Below the pieces are notes generated by a model. It saw nothing but the letters and a program-made list of their open reading frames with translations, searched no databases and had not been told where the DNA came from. Source: an uncultured Syntrophobacterales bacterium (GTDB lineage: Bacteria; Desulfobacterota; BSN033; WVXP01; G020346125). From it: 44,645 nt of DNA. Shown piece by piece: positions 43,277 to 44,645 of this stretch. Position 1 is the first letter of the stretch, and every line of letters starts with the position of its first letter. Made by a program: the position numbers and the translations under genes. The DNA is taken from positions 1 to 44,645 of the forward strand of contig CAYFXP010000190.1 of the NCBI GenBank assembly GCA_964346935.1, in the 5' to 3' direction.

Positions 43277-43486
43277 ATGAAGGGAACATCTTTCACCCAG
43301 TGGGTCCTTTTGGCCTGTATCATCGGCGTCTTTATCCTCTTCAAGACCATCCACCTTCAGGTCGGCCGCTATAACCTGTTCCTCGCGCTCCTGATCTCAT
43401 CGGCTTTTGTCGCGGTCCTCTGCACATGGATGTTGGAGAAGAGGGGGAAGGAAGGACAGAGGCCAGGCGAGCATGAATCCCGTTGA
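43277..43486 (+). CDS. Small 2-TM membrane protein downstream of the TRAP permease
   Basis: AGGAG RBS 6 nt upstream, two hydrophobic helices and a basic C-terminal tail. Confidence 0.55.
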   Translation: MKGTSFTQWVLLACIIGVFILFKTIHLQVGRYNLFLALLISSAFVAVLCTWMLEKRGKEGQRPGEHESR

Positions 43487-43576
43487 GCAAACGAACTTTG
43501 TCCCGAAACCGCTCACCTCTCGTTGCATCGCGGGTTCAACCTCTTGAGCAACGTCCCTAAAAAGGAGAGAAATGTA

Positions 43577-44113
43577 ATGGGAAAGGGGCATGAGAAGACG
43601 AACCTCATCCCCTTCAAGGGGAAATCCCCTCATGTGGAAGAGGGAGTGTTCATCGACCCCTCCAGCAGGATTATCGGGGATGTAACCCTGGGAAGCGGGG
43701 CCAGCGTCTGGCCCCTGGCGGTCCTGAGGGCGGATACCGAGGCCATCGTCATCGGAACGAATTCAGCCATCTTGGATAAGGCCTTGGTTGAAGCGCCCAT
43801 GGGACACAGGGTGTTCATCGAGGAGGACGTGATCATCAGCCACGGGGCTATTCTCCACGGAGCCGTCGTCCGAAGGGGAGCCCTTGTCGGGATAGGGGCC
43901 ATCGTCTTGGATGGGGCTGAGGTGGGGAGGGACTGCATCATCGCCAGCGGAAGCGTCGTTCCCCCCGGAACTCAGATACCCGATCAGTCGCTGGCCATGG
44001 GGATTCCGGCCAAAGTGGTGAGATCCCTCAATGAGAAGGAGATGGCAGCTAAACGGGAGCAATTGGCGGAGCTCAAGGAGAAATCGGCGGACTATCGGAA
44101 AATTTTTGGCTAA
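43577..44113 (+). CDS. Gamma-carbonic-anhydrase-family/hexapeptide-repeat protein (PaaY/YrdA-like)
   Basis: Left-handed beta-helix hexapeptide pattern (IIGDVTLGSGASVWPLAVLRAD...IGTNSAI...ISHGAILHGAVV). Start taken at ATG 43577 after AAAGGAGAG (the track starts at TTG 43523). Confidence 0.85.
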   Translation: MGKGHEKTNLIPFKGKSPHVEEGVFIDPSSRIIGDVTLGSGASVWPLAVLRADTEAIVIGTNSAILDKALVEAPMGHRVFIEEDVIISHGAILHGAVVRRGALVGIGAIVLDGAEVGRDCIIASGSVVPPGTQIPDQSLAMGIPAKVVRSLNEKEMAAKREQLAELKEKSADYRKIFG

Positions 44114-44292
44114 AAGGGGAAATCGTCCTGATCAGGTACGTATTGCTGGAAATTCAACTACGGAAAACGCTGGCGCAGCGGGGGTGGATTGGGAACAAAT
44201 CATTGCAGAGATCCGGATAGTTGAGTATGCACCCGGAGATGGCATGAGGCTCGGTAAAAAAGAGACACAAGATCATTGGGGAGGAATCATTT

Positions 44293-44645
44293 ATGGATTT
44301 TGACCTGACGGAAGAACATGTACTTTTTCAGAAAGCTATTCGAACCTTTGCCCAAAAGGAGATTGCCCCTCTGGTAGATGAAGCGGAGGAGACCAATGTC
44401 TTTCCCAAACAGCTCTTTAAAAAAATGGCTGCCCTTGGCTTTTTATTCCCGCGGTATCCAGTAGAATTAGGTGGAGGTGGTGGAGACAAGATTATGGATT
44501 GTATCATGGCAGAGGAGCTCAGTAAGGTGAATGCAGGAATCGGTGCTTCTCTCATGGTTCAGAGTGGTTTGAGTACCCAGCCCATCTATCGGTTTGGCTC
44601 TGAAGAACAAAAGGAAAAGTTTCTTATCCCCGCTATTAAGGGAGA
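44293..44645 (+). CDS. Acyl-CoA dehydrogenase, N-terminal part (runs off the window)
   Basis: My own translation is MDFDLTEEHVLFQKAIRTFAQKEIAPLVDEAEETNVFPKQLFKKMAALGFL... This is the classic ACAD N-terminal domain. GGGGAGGAA RBS. There is no stop before the window end, so it is absent from the ORF track. Confidence 0.85.
   Translation, partial: MDFDLTEEHVLFQKAIRTFAQKEIAPLVDEAEETNVFPKQLFKKMAALGFLFPRYPVELGGGGGDKIMDCIMAEELSKVNAGIGASLMVQSGLSTQPIYRFGSEEQKEKFLIPAIKG

Noticed and set aside
44031-44555. ORFs 44031..44303 (+) and 44328..44555 (-)
   Set aside because: The first overlaps the end of the gamma-CA-like gene and the intergenic region, and it has no RBS. The second is antisense to the clearly recognisable acyl-CoA dehydrogenase N-terminus.

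Overview
This is a 44,645 nt, densely coding, moderately GC-rich window. It appears to come from an anaerobic bacterium: it carries tetraheme cytochrome c3, HgdC/BcrAD-type ATPases, many radical SAM genes and a glutaconate-type CoA-transferase. A Desulfobacterota-like lineage is only a guess. I recognised no rRNA, tRNA, CRISPR array, transposase, integrase or phage genes.

Layout:
(i) 1-6300 holds a stand-alone B12-binding radical SAM gene with its own sigma70-like promoter, endonuclease III, a phosphoribosyltransferase, a TIGR03546/TIGR03545-like uncharacterised gene pair, and cytochrome c3.
(ii) 6558-27867 is one unbroken minus-strand gene train, with most junctions overlapping or less than 25 nt apart. 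It combines four parts:
- a private type II FAS/PKS-like set: KS, a KS-like partner lacking both His, FabG, FabZ, ACP, a FabD-like acyltransferase, a hotdog thioesterase and an LpxL-family acyltransferase;
- four B12-binding radical SAM enzymes plus one SPASM/twitch-type radical SAM enzyme;
- a split HgdC-type ATPase with HgdA/B-like proteins;
- a GT2 / deacetylase / ATP-grasp / acylphosphatase block.
(iii) 28345-32568 is a divergently oriented 1407-aa protein that fuses two HgdC-type ATPase domains to the same two HgdA/B-like domains that are separate genes in block (ii).
(iv) 32600-44645 holds ordinary-looking organic-acid uptake and activation genes: a LUD-domain protein, Zn-ADH, MFS, CoA-transferase A/B, a TAXI-TRAP system, a gamma-CA-like protein and an acyl-CoA dehydrogenase start.

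The best candidate for an undescribed system is blocks (ii) plus (iii). I read it as a radical-SAM-rich, ACP-dependent lipid or polyketide-like pathway with an embedded ATP-driven low-potential electron-transfer module. I cannot match it to any characterised product class.

I also see two families of structured intergenic repeats, MITE/REP-like. Some of them donate the C-terminal codons of adjacent genes. There is also an unlisted small zinc-ribbon ORF. All similarity statements are by-eye motif recognition; no searches were run.
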